A program made the position numbers and the translations under genes. 64,000 bases of DNA, from contig OX597820.1 of assembly GCA_951406725.2 (NCBI GenBank), positions 82,832,001-82,896,000 of the forward strand, given 5' to 3'. This DNA comes from Octopus vulgaris. Lineage: Eukaryota. How positions within the stretch are numbered: the stretch's first letter is position 1; each line of letters opens with the position of its first letter. Below are positions 27,209 to 38,699 of this stretch, piece after piece. The notes beneath the pieces were generated by a model that was not told where the DNA came from, searched no databases, and worked only from the letters and a program-made list of their open reading frames with translations.

Positions 27209-27421
27209 GAATGCATCCACCACAAATGACACTATCACCAGGGCCTTAGAATAACAACCAAGCAAATATTGAAAAGGGCATATTCAAAATACTCATTTCG
27301 CATGAAATTATTCAGAACTACTCCAGTCACTACTATTGCAACCACAACCGGTCACTTTTATGTCACTTGCCCATATAAGAGGATTCCACCAACATCCTGC
27401 TACTGACATACCACTCCCCCA

Positions 27422-27535
27422 TTCTTCTTCTTCTTCTTCTTCTTCTTCTTCTTCTTCTTCTTCTTCTTCTTCGTCTTCTTCTTCTTCTTCTTCTTCTTCT
27501 TCTTCTTCTTCTTCTTCTTCTTCTTCTTCTTCTTC
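27422..27535. repeat. (TTC)n microsatellite
   Basis: Direct observation; produces a spurious poly-Ser ORF. Confidence 0.97.
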
Positions 27536-28614
27536 ACCTCAATTCTTTACTACTACTGTTGCTTAAACAATCAAAGACAAGAATTCATCTCCAACTAGCT
27601 GTTGCTAACTATCTAGAACGCACAAACGTAAAAAAAAAGATAGACAGAGACAGACAGAGAAAGGGGAATTTCTCTCGCATTTGAAAACTATGGAAATATT
27701 AAAAAAACCCCCACATTTTGATGTAATTTTTCCACAATTTAATTGTTTTTCATACCTTACTCTAAGTTGAAAAACTCGCAAAGACTGAAACGGGTACTAA
27801 ACTGTTCATGATAAAATTATTTTAGCATTTTCTACCTTGTCTTATATATATATATATATATACACACACACATATATCGCTTATATGTAATGCATACGCA
27901 CGCTTGCGCGTTCACACACATACCAATATGCATATACATGTACATATTTATGTGTGTGTATGTAAGCCTGTGTGTAATAATGTCTATGCATATATATTTG
28001 TGCAAATGTTCAAATTAGATAAAGGCAAATGACGGCCAACAAAATCTATTAAGCTATAAACATATTATTCTCGAATGTTCCAACTTGCTAATTGCTTTCA
28101 ATCAATTGCTTAACCTTGTGCCATCAGAGTTTGCTGTTTAGAGATTCAACTGCTGCAGGCAATATGTCAGTAATTTTGTTAATCTGAATATCAGCTTGTT
28201 TGTCTCTGTTTGCCTCATTTCATTTCAATTAGTTCTTTCCTTCTGTTGATCAATTTAATCACTACTACCACCTCAGCTACAAACATGCAGTCTTTATAAG
28301 CTGCCTTTTCTACATCAATTTTAGTGACCACTGCTCCTAGCACTGGTTGACCTCTTGACACCTTCAATCAAGATTACTTGATTGAACTCGACTCTCGTTC
28401 TCTCATCACCGTTAGTTTGTCGAAATACAAGCACGTAGCCCTTCGTTCAGAATACCGCCCGTGCCAATCGTGTAGTCAATTTGTGACTATAACAGCAGTC
28501 ACCTTCTACATACAAAACCATTAATAAAATGTATACAAAATAAATTTATACTTCTCCTAAGTTTCATTTAGAAGTCATTGAAGTTTGTGATGGGGACCCA
28601 CATCCAATATTATT

Positions 28615-29210
28615 ATCAAATTTTGGCGCAAGGCAAGTAAGTCCGCAGTTGAATGTAAGGTGGTTACAACGACCACAGTACTTAACTGGTACTTATTTTA
28701 GCGACTAGAAAAGGATGAAAGTCAAAGTCAACCTCGACGGAGTTCGCACTCAGAAAGTAAAGACGTACGAAACACCACTAACAATTTTGCCTGGCGTGGC
28801 AACGATTCTGTCAGCTCGCCACCTAAAATCCACCCTCCTCTAATACTGATTTCAGATTTTGACACAAGGCCAGCAAGTTCGGAAGAGGGGATAAGTCGGT
28901 CAAAGTGATCGCGGTGTTGACGTAATACTTATTTTATCGATCCCGAAAACACCCATACTGACGCTATGTTTTACTTCAGTTTCAACATTTCTGTATGCTC
29001 TGGATGTATAAAATGCTACACGTGGTAATACGTTTTTAGGGGGTGTTCTATCCAAAATATGTTAGTTATTTGAGCTAAGGTGATGAGCTGTCAGAATAAT
29101 TTGCATGCCGAGCAAAATTCTTAGGGGCATTTCGTATGTGAGTTCAAATTCAGCCGAAGTCAGTTTTTCCTTTCATCCTTTCAGGTCGATAAAATAAGTA
29201 CCAGTCGAGC
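28615..29210. mobile_element. Cluster of decayed family D SINE fragments (two minus, one plus)
   Basis: Matches to the ggtcgactttgcctttcatcctttcggggtcgataaaataagtaccag domain at ~28615-28823 (-), ~28855-28948 (-) and ~29078-29210 (+). Confidence 0.7.
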
Positions 29211-29270
29211 TATATATATATTTATAGTAAATGAGAGACGAAAGATGTAAGATACGGAATTTTTTATTAA

Positions 29271-29374
29271 TCACTACAGTTGTTTTGACATATCTAGCAT
29301 CGATCCCTCACAGATGGGATATTTATAAACTGGTTCAGGTGCATCCGACGGTGAAGATGTGTCTCTTCGAGTTA
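29271..29374 (-). ncRNA. Degenerate hammerhead motif with long stem II
   Basis: Minus strand: TCGAAGA-GACACATCT...AGATATGTC-AAAA-CAACTG-TA; both core boxes mutated. Confidence 0.4.
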
Positions 29375-29928
29375 TAAATAGATATAACTCGTTCCACTGT
29401 GTAATTCTTATTTCGTGTAAAGAAAAACAACAAATGAAAGGATATAGCTTCATTTATATAGAATATGAAGAATGAAATAACAGATGCAAAAAAGAAACCA
29501 ATACGCAATGCAGCGAAAAATGTATTTAAAATGTTAACGGATATGGATGTATAAATACCATCACGTAGGTTGTATGGCCCATGTATACTCGCTCATACGC
29601 GCATCTTCATCGATGTAAGGATACGCGCACGTGTTGTTTGGTACACATATGTAAAGAGGGCAAGCTAAATAGCTACATGGTGTTTATAATATTGGGGAGG
29701 TTAAAGCTAAACTTGATTCATCCACACCTTAAGGTAAACTATGTTAACAGTTACTCAAATTCATTCCCACTGCATTTTGCGAAAGTACATTTATGTGCAA
29801 TTAAGCATTTTGTGAGTGGTTCAGAAATTCTATTAATGTTTCATACGGCCGTCCCCTTGCGTGCACAGTACATTTTCCGCTAACACTATTAATTTAGAGC
29901 AGCATATGCCGACATAAGCAACGGCAAA

Positions 29929-30350
29929 ATGAAAAACCATTTCAATAACCCACCTATTGGAACTAGCAAACATATATATCAAAATACCAACAAAGAAGAT
30001 GTAAACTGCAATGAAAAGCACCAAATACGGCCAAATCGTGTTAGCAGAAATGATTGTGATATAGCTAACACGCTAAAATCATCGGAAAATCAAGTCAGAA
30101 CTGTCATATATACAAATAAGTATAATAAATGCTCATGCAAAGAAAAATCATGATGACCAATGATGAAGCTCTATATGAGTACAAATCTTGTGCATAAATG
30201 TACCTTGCACACAAGGGGAGGACCGTATGTTTACATAGGGCAAATGGCTCATTCTTTTAAGAATCGTTATCGCAACAATGTCACCAGTTTCAAGCTTTCG
30301 TCTCTCATTTACCATATACATAACGAACACTGTAAAAGTTACCGTGCTTC
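29929..30350 (+). mobile_element. Penelope-like element relic: linker and GIY-YIG endonuclease
   Basis: KCSCKEK...NLVHKCTLHTRGGPYVYIGQMAHSFKNRYRNNVTSF matches the PLE C.C..C VVY.C...YIG.T..FK.RY.NH..SF pattern. Confidence 0.78.
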
Positions 30351-30371
30351 ACCAGTGAACTACCAGGTATA

Positions 30372-30486
30372 AACCATTATGGTTCTGAGTTCAGTCTCAC
30401 TCCGTGGCACCTTGGGCAAGTATTCTGCTATAACCTCGGGCAAAGCAAAAATGGATTTGGTAGACGGAAACTGAAAGAACCACGTC

Positions 30487-30542
<56 letters not shown>

Positions 30543-30743
30543 ATGTATATTTGTGTGTCTGTGTTTGATCCTCCACCATCGCTTGACAACCGATATTGGT
30601 GTGCTTACGTCCCCGCAACCTAGCGGTTCGGAAAAAGGACCAATAGAATAAGTACTAGGCTTACAAAGAATAAGTTTTGGGGTTGATTTGTTCGACTGAA
30701 GGCAGTGATCCAGCATGACCGCAGTCAAATGACTGAAACAATG
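30372..30743 (+). mobile_element. SINE family A, 5'-eroded
   Basis: Reverse complement of the 24171-24578 copy. Confidence 0.88.
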
Positions 30744-32259
30744 ACTGAGTGTAGGAGTAATATAATTTCCAGGAGATGCCGTCTCTGCTTCGAGGAATCC
30801 TTGTCTATTCTGTGAACTATTGAGAAGATCATTAATAGAATTTCTGAAAGACTCTAGAGATGCCTACACGCATATAACTGTACTTTCGTACAACGCAGCG
30901 TGAAAGAATTTCGAGTAAACGTTAACACAATTTACTTTACTTTAAATTATGGATGACTTAAGTTTATTTTTAACCCCGGCATCCTTACAAACAAGTAGAT
31001 AGTTAACTCACTTTGTGATCATGAGTACACAAAACCTCACATGTGCATGTAAATATTGGCTTGAAACCCTTTGGATAGAAAACATAGGCGCAGCAACAAG
31101 CTACGAGATTTTGTTTTTAACCAAAGCCACCTATTTGCTCTCTTTACAACTTCGGTGATTGAACATATCCGTCTCTCCTTTTTTGCTCTCTCAGAGTATA
31201 GGAGGGCACTGAGAAAAGAGAATCTGGATGATAAAGAGGAGAATCGAAAACCCAACTTACTTTTTTCTTTCCCGCTGAACCAGTATCACGGATTTCAGAA
31301 GTAAATTAGGAAACCAAATCTGAATAAGTTTTGTACTTCAAAAGTTTGAAGGGGAAGGAATCTTATTCCCACATAAATTCAAAAGTTCATAAATTGTGAC
31401 AATACAATGTAGGAGGATATCAACAAGTGTACAAATAGAAAGATACGAGAAGAACTATTAGAACTACGGAAATGTTATGTAAAAAATAAAGAGGAAAAAC
31501 CAAATAAAATATTGAATACGAAAAGTTTGTGGTACACAATAATATAAAGCCAAATCAAAGGCAGAAATAGTTAACCCACTCAGCAACAACAGAAAAGAAT
31601 CCAAACTCCTTTGGTAGCAGTTACAAAAAAGATTATTTTTTTCTAGATACACCCAAGTTGACAAATCCGTCCGGAACACACACGGTCAGTTTCCGTCCAT
31701 TGATGGTTTATACATTTTGTTTTTACCTTCGAACATTTGGTCTGCAGAGCGCATCACAACTGCCTTTCAACCGACTGTGGCACGCTGACTGAATCGACAC
31801 TTTCCTTCTTTTGCAAATGGAAGTAAGTAGTCATCTTTTGGTGGCTATACTGATGAAAGCTAAGGCGGATTAAAGTTTCTGAGGTAAGAATTTCTCTTTT
31901 GAGAACAAACCCTCATTAGCACGTGAGAGAGTTGGGCGTAATTTTGTTAATAATCTTTATGAAAGGTCTTTGAGTGAAACTTTCATTCGTGGTGAAATAG
32001 TCATATAAATGAACCTACATTCTTCCACATGCCAGAGAAAGTGTTATTGTTCGTATTTCGTTCTATACCTTGTAAAGCGCATAAATATAATGGGTTGAGA
32101 TTTGAATTTCCTTCACACTTAAAAAATACTATAAACGTAGCCTCCGGTGGCGTTCAAAATATCTGTTTGTTTTGGAGTAACACCAAATCATATATCAGGA
32201 AATGCATCAAGGTAGAAATATTTTTAATAACTGTCTGAACTCAAAATATTTTCCATAGA

Positions 32260-32306
<47 letters not shown>

Positions 32307-33017
32307 TAGCATCCTCCTCTACTTTTTGGTCGTCCCTTCCTCTTTCCTCATTATGTTTGTGTATGTGCGTGTGTAAGTGTGTGTGTGCGTGTCTGTGTTG
32401 ATAAAAGCAGAAAATATACAGTCAGCCCTGTCACCTCCTCGACTCTATCAACTATCTGTTGATAAATATATAACGAAATAAAATAACAATAGGAAAGAAT
32501 AAAAAAACCCAGTCCTCTTAACCAATTATTCTGCCTACCCAGACAGTCATCCAAATATTAACACTAAACAGAAAAGTCGTAATGGAAGCTATAAAAACAC
32601 AAGATTTGATCTTATGTTGGTAATTAACTGATTACGTAAAATACATCACCTTGTGGACAATAAAACATTGGAGATCGTTTTAAAACATCTATAAAACCAC
32701 AATGAAAAATACACAATGGAACGTTTATAGAGAAACACTATGCGTAGTAATGGATTTTTCACCTTTTTGATCTGATTATTTTTACTTTGTTTACTTTTTG
32801 GATTTATTCTGTTTTGTTATTTTATAAATATGTTTTTCCTTTCTCGTATTGAGTCAGCAGAGTGAGAAAAACCAGTAGTTTGTTAGACTAAATTCATATG
32901 GGTGTTTGGTTACTGCACTTTTTGAATTCTTTATTTCTGATATATACAGGTCGTAGGGGTGAAGTGTTCAGGCAGAAAATATTTTCTTTTCTAACGCACC
33001 GGTTTTCATGACTGTGT

Positions 33018-33406
33018 GGAGGCACAATGGCCCAGTGGTTAGGGCAGCGGACTCGCGGTCATAGGATCGCAGTTTCGATTCCCAGACCGGGCGTTGTGAG
33101 TGTTTATTGAGCGAAAACACCTAAAGCTCCACGAAGCTCCGGCAGGGGATGGTGGTGATCCCTGCTGTACTCTTTCACCACAACTTTTTCTCACTCTTAC
33201 TTCCTGTTTCTGTTGTACCTGTATTTCAAAGGGCCGGCCTTGTCACTCTCTGTGTCACGCTGAATATCCCCGAGAACTACGTTAAGGGTACACGTGTCTG
33301 TGGAGTGCTCAGCCACTTACACGTTAATTTCACGAGTAGGCTGTTCCGTTGATTCGGATCAACCGGAACCCTCATCGTTGTAACCGACGGAGTGCTTCCA
33401 TTCCCA
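33018..33406 (+). mobile_element. Young tRNA-derived SINE, family B, with 14-bp TSD
   Basis: A box TGGCCCAGTGG, B box-like GTTTCGATTCC; TSD TTTCATGACTGTGT at 33004-33017 and 33407-33420; nearly identical to 58215-58601. Confidence 0.93.
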
Positions 33407-33787
33407 TTTCATGACTGTGTAGGAGTTTACTTTAAAACTACATGGTTCCTGGTTCAGTTTCACTACGTTGCCGTCTGGAGCACGTCTCTTGTTCTATAGC
33501 CTCGGATCAATTAAATTCATTGAGTAGATTTATTAGTTAGAACACATACACATACACACACACACGCACACACATATATGCATGTGTGCATGTGTCTGTG
33601 TGTATCTATATATATAATATACATATGTGTGGATGTGTGTATATATGCGGGTGCGTGTCTATATTTTGTTCCCATCACAGACAGATAACCGGTGTTTATT
33701 CGTTTACGACCCGGTAATTTAGCGTCGAGGCAATCTAATAATTGTGACAAGAACAAGATATAAGATAAGTATTTACTCCTCCCCCAC

Positions 33788-33876
33788 TTCTTCTTCTTGT
33801 TCTTCTTCTTGTTCTTCTTCTTGTTCTTGTTCTTCTTCTTCTTCTTCTTCTTCTTCTTCTTCTTCTTCTTCTTCTT
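33788..33876. repeat. (TTC/TTG)n microsatellite
   Basis: Direct observation; source of poly-K, poly-S and poly-F ORFs. Confidence 0.95.
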
Positions 33877-34012
33877 CCCTGGAATTAAAAACAGCAATTG
33901 CTACTACCACTGGAAAGGATATTTTCGAAATATGCATAAGTCAAACATATGTGCAACAGATATAATCATTCTCAGTATTAGACAGCTGTATATTTAATTG
34001 CCCTTAACGTTA

Positions 34013-34588
34013 GTGAAGGCGTATGGCTCAGTGGTTAGAGCGTCGAGCTTGCGATCGCGAGGTTGTAAGTTCGAATCCCTGACCGGACTGAGTGTTACGT
34101 TCTTGAGCAAGACAGTTTATTTAACGTTGCTCCAGTTCACTCAGATGTAGAAATGAGTTGCGACGTCACAGGTGTCAAGCTGTATCTGTTTCTTTACTGC
34201 CAACAAGGGGCTAAACATAGAGGGGACAAACAAGGACAGAAAAACGGATTAATTCGATTACATCGACCCCAGTGCATAACTGGTACTTAATTTATCGATT
34301 CTGAAAGGATGAAAGGCAAAATCGGCCTCATCGGAATTTGAACTCAGAACGTAAAGACTGACGAAATACGGCTATGCATTTCGCCAGGCGTGCTAACGTT
34401 TCTGCCAGCTCCCTGCAAGCTGTATCGGCCTTTGAATTTCCCTTGGATAACACTGGTGGTGTAGAGAGGGGAGACTAGTATGCATGGGTAACTGCTGGTC
34501 TTCCGTAAACAACCTTGCCCGGACTTGTTCCTGGGAGGGTAACATCATAGATGCAATCCCATGGTCAATCATGACTGAAGGAGGTCTC
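34013..34588 (+). mobile_element. SINE family C interrupted by a nested family D SINE
   Basis: tRNA head TGGCTCAGTGG...GTTCGAATCC; sequence resumes after the duplicated CAAGCTGTATC. Confidence 0.88.
34187..34415 (-). mobile_element. SINE family D nested insertion with 11-bp TSD
   Basis: TSD CAAGCTGTATC at 34176-34186 and 34416-34426; reverse complement matches 48150-48381. Confidence 0.9.
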
Positions 34589-34889
34589 AGCAACAATGGT
34601 TAATAAATAGGAGCCTGGTAAGATTTGAAAACAACAACTTGAACAAAAGAAAATAGCGCAAACTGCTTTAGCAATTCTATTCACTAATCTAATAAAAACA
34701 ATGCCAAAAACAACAATATTTTGTTTATTAGCCGCAATGGATTGAAACAACAAACTTCAATGTGCGGTCAACAGGACGTTTACAAATATGAGTGAAAAGA
34801 GTCAACAAACTATTTCATAATTAATTCTGGGCGATTGAAGGCGGTGAATTGGCAGAATCATTAGCGCAACAAACAAAATGCGGGCAAAT

Positions 34890-35160
34890 AACATGAACAC
34901 CCAAACTCATGATTTTTGGCGAGACACGACGTTGTGTATGGATATACCTGCTGTGACCCAAACTGCAAAATTGATGGAATACAATATGATGCACAGCTTC
35001 CCACCTATAAGGGACAGTTGCAGGATGGGTCGAAACGATCGTCGTACACACTAATGACTAATACCAAATTCATCTTTAGTTTCCTTAATCGATTATTATC
35101 TCAACTGAAGTAGATCCAACGGAAACATACCTCAATTACGGATGACACCAGGTATCCCAA
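34890..35160 (+). mobile_element. Possible Penelope GIY-YIG relic
   Basis: RHDVVYGYTCCDPNCKIDGIQY resembles the VVY.Y.C...C....YIG motif; heavily decayed. Confidence 0.4.
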
Positions 35161-35314
35161 ACTGCGTCAGTACTTTACTCAATACCTCAGCGCACTAATT
35201 GACATATACCCATTAGTCCTAACTATTACACACACACATACACACACATGCACTCATATTGATAATATTAAAAATAAGGATTACTCCGAAGTTGCAAAAA
35301 TTATATACTGCCTT

Positions 35315-35405
35315 TTAAGACCAACACCGGTTTCAATTGCACCGAGTAGTAATCGTTGCAATTGCAACCCTACTATAAAATGGTGCAGCCTCTTCAGAGT
35401 CTTAA
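35315..35405 (-). ncRNA. Degenerate type I hammerhead motif with long stem II
   Basis: Minus strand: TTAAGACT-CTGAAGA-GGCTGCACC...GTTGCAATTGCAAC...GGTGCAATT-GAAA-CCGG-TG-TTGGTCTTAA; triplet GTG is non-cleavable. Confidence 0.55.
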
Positions 35406-37015
35406 CTTGATATGTCTTGGTATGGCGGTTTAAGGATTTTGTTTTATAAACTCTGCGTTGTAGAGATTCTGTTAGGTCAGTTATTATTGGATAATCATTT
35501 TCAGTTCATCATTTCAAAACCTTGTATAGTTTAAATGATAAAACGGAGAAGAGGAAACAAATATGGACGACTTGTACAGAAACACCCGCGTGTGGGGAAC
35601 AGTTCTCAAAAATAGCCCCCAATTGTTTTCCCCCAAAAGTCCTATGTCCTCGGAATCTACATAGTCCGAGATATATTTGTAGTGAAAGTTAAAACGAATT
35701 AAATTGGACTCCGGTGAATTTTCCGAAATTCCCTACCGCAACCCCTCCTAAAACACTCCTCGACCCAAATTTTGTATATTCGAAATCTACATGATATAAC
35801 ACATATTCGTAGACAATTTAATTAAAAATTAAATTTTTTTCTTAAAGTTTCGATCATCCAAAATCGCGGTGTGGGGCAGAAATATGTAGTTATGACTTTG
35901 AGCACAAAGAGATTTCAGCTCAAGCAAATTTATTCAACCATTTCTTCTAAAAGATTTCAGTATAAACTTTCAGAAGATATGTTCAAAAAGAAACAAAAGT
36001 ATTCCGTGAATCTTCTCAGCCGCAAAAGCCGTTGTATCAATGATGGAAGTTTTTCTTACCTTTTGCTGAATTCACAAACTGACTAGTGGGAATAAAATGA
36101 CCTGTTAATTTTCATCTCCGTTCATATACGTGAGTATGTGTGCGTTACCAGTACCATAAATCTCTCTCTCTCTCTCTCTGTATCTATCTATCTGGCTATC
36201 TTTCACCCTCTCACTTTTCTCTCTTTCTCTCTCTCTCTTTCTGCCTCTTTCTCTTTCCTCACTGACGCTACCTCTTACTTCAACTTCAATTCAACCCATT
36301 TCACACCATTCAATTCTTTCATCCCTCACCCACAACACTATTTATTGCCCTGTCAACACTCTCCAGCACCACATTTTTCTTGTGTACGTAGATTTTTTGT
36401 CGCCACACACCCGCACACATAAGTCTATCTCCAGTTTATTTCTCTACAGGGAATGAAGATGGCATTACTTTCTGTACTAACCAGTTCTATAGTACATACA
36501 CGCATGCACGCATGCACGTACGCACGCACGCACGCACAGACAGACAGACACAAACACACATACACACAAACATACACACATAAACACACGCACTCATACG
36601 CGTTTGTAATTACCTACATGTTTTTCGCATACCGCTAAATCGAAAGAAATAACCTATTCCCTCTTTAGCGACATCATATCTTATGAATATGATGAAAACG
36701 ACCTATTGTCTCAAAAGTGTCCAAAATTTGATCACAGAAGGGATGTAGGAAATCTTTTTTTAATAACTCATTCTCGAATTGCCTCCGTTCTCTGTTGGTA
36801 CACTAAACATTGTGTACAAAATGTATAAATTCAACATAACCCTACAAATGCATCACCAAAATATTACCATACCCCACGTTGGGAGTCGCGGGTTCCACAA
36901 TATATTTAATTATTTATTCCACTGTAGACCCAGTAAATGACCCCAACCTAAATTGACACAAACATTTATTTCCCTAGCCGGTTTCAATAATATCTAATCC
37001 TTTCCCAATAATACC

Positions 37016-37218
37016 TATTTCTTTATTAACCACAAGGGGCTAAACACAGAGGGGACAAACAAGGACAGACATAGGTATTAAATCGATTACATCGGCCCCA
37101 GTGCGTAACTGGTACTTAATTTATCGACCCCGAAGGGATGAAAGGCAAAGTCGACCTCGACGGAATTTGAACTCATAACGTAACGGCATTTCGCCCGACG
37201 TGCTTAACGTTTCTGCCA
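37016..37218 (-). mobile_element. SINE family D
   Basis: Reverse complement of the 48150-48381 family. Confidence 0.88.
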
Positions 37219-37426
37219 AATACCAAATCCTTTGCCCCACTCTTTTCTTTATTTGTATTTTTATTCTTTTCGTTAACAATTTTAGACATTTACCCACTCC
37301 CATATATTATTTCTTCACAAATATGCTTTCCTTCTTGTTCTCTGAATCTGAAGTTTCCCTGCATTTTCGATCAAATGTCCTGCGAGTTAACATGGCATCC
37401 CTTTTGATTAAGGGATCTTTGGCCTG

Positions 37427-37460
37427 ACGAGCAGCCAGCGGATTACCGCTGGCTGCTCGT
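37427..37460. repeat. Perfect 15-bp GC-rich hairpin overlapping a CTGACGA box
   Basis: ACGAGCAGCCAGCGG-ATTA-CCGCTGGCTGCTCGT. Confidence 0.9.
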
Positions 37461-37663
37461 TTGGGTAATTACTACTTCCGCGGTTCTGCTAGCTAAGAAA
37501 GATATGTAGCCTGGATTTTATTTACTTCATTCCCTAAATTTATATTTTTATTTGAATACACAGTAACCACTGTTACTAACCGTGAACTATAAAATAACGT
37601 TTGTCAGCTTATCGAAATTCAGTATGGGAAACATGTACAAACTTCAGTCAATATAAAGATCCT

Positions 37664-38699
37664 CAGTCCGTAGTAGGTATAAAAAAGGACTTTCAGGAAC
37701 AATAGTGGTTTCTTGACGTAGAAAATTGGGTCAATATAAAGATCCTCACCCGTTAACGAAAGCAAAATAAAAAAAAACAGCTTGCTGTGTGTTAGCAAGT
37801 GTGTAGGAAACGAAAATGAAGAAAAGAAAATTGCGCAAATGAACCTAGTGGGTGGGGAGAGGACCTCTGGAAAATTCACACGATTCAATTTTTCCCTCGT
37901 GACTTTCAGGAAAATGGATATCTATTGATTTTTGTTACGGAAGAATCCGATTCTGCAAAATTCTTTTCAAAAATTGCAAATTCAAAATTTCAATTACCCC
38001 ACACCACCCACTACCCCCAGCCACAATTTCTTCATTTTTCACTTTTCCTGGAATTTTTTTTTGTAAAATACATAGAAAAATACGAAGATTACGATTCTGA
38101 AAAAATATTGTTAGCAAAATTTCAATTTTTCAAAAAAAAAAAAATGAAAATAGAAAAAATACCCCCAACTTCCTCTCAATTGTACAGCCTTGGCCTTCAA
38201 GCAGACTATCGACATGCTAGAAATCACAGCCAAATTCAAAAAAATTTCGATAACATAATGAAAGAAATATGTTATTAATTTCTCAACTTTGTGCAAAGAT
38301 TTCTTTCAGAGTAATTTGCCGCAGTAATATGACAAAGTAATTCATGTGAAATTTTAAAACAAATTAACACTTAATGAAATTTTGAATTTGTGATTATTGA
38401 AAAAGATTTTTCAGAATCGGATTCTCTCCACAGCCAAAAACGTGGGATTTTGTAAAAGAAAAATCAATATATATCCATTTTCCTGAAGGTCATGAGGGAA
38501 TAATCGGATCTTGTGAATTTTCCGAAAGTCCTCTCCCCATCCCCTTTTTGCGCAATTTTTTGTTCATATTCGTTTCCTACACAGTTGTTAAAGCCCAGCG
38601 AGATGGGGGAGTGGTGCTTTCGTTAACGGGTTAGGAACTTCATATTTACCCAACCGTCTACTGTTCCTGAAAATTCTTTTTTATACCTACTACGGACTG
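37664..38699. mobile_element. Non-autonomous foldback DNA element with ~330-bp diverged TIRs
   Basis: 37664-~37996 is the inverted homologue of ~38372-38699 (CAGTCCGTAGTAGGTATAAAAAAG / CTTTTTTATACCTACTACGGACTG); no coding capacity. Confidence 0.8.

Noticed and set aside
33018-33090. tRNA-like sequences (also 34013, 53018, 58215)
   Set aside because: They are SINE heads continuing into SINE bodies, several with TSDs; no full cloverleaf with terminator.
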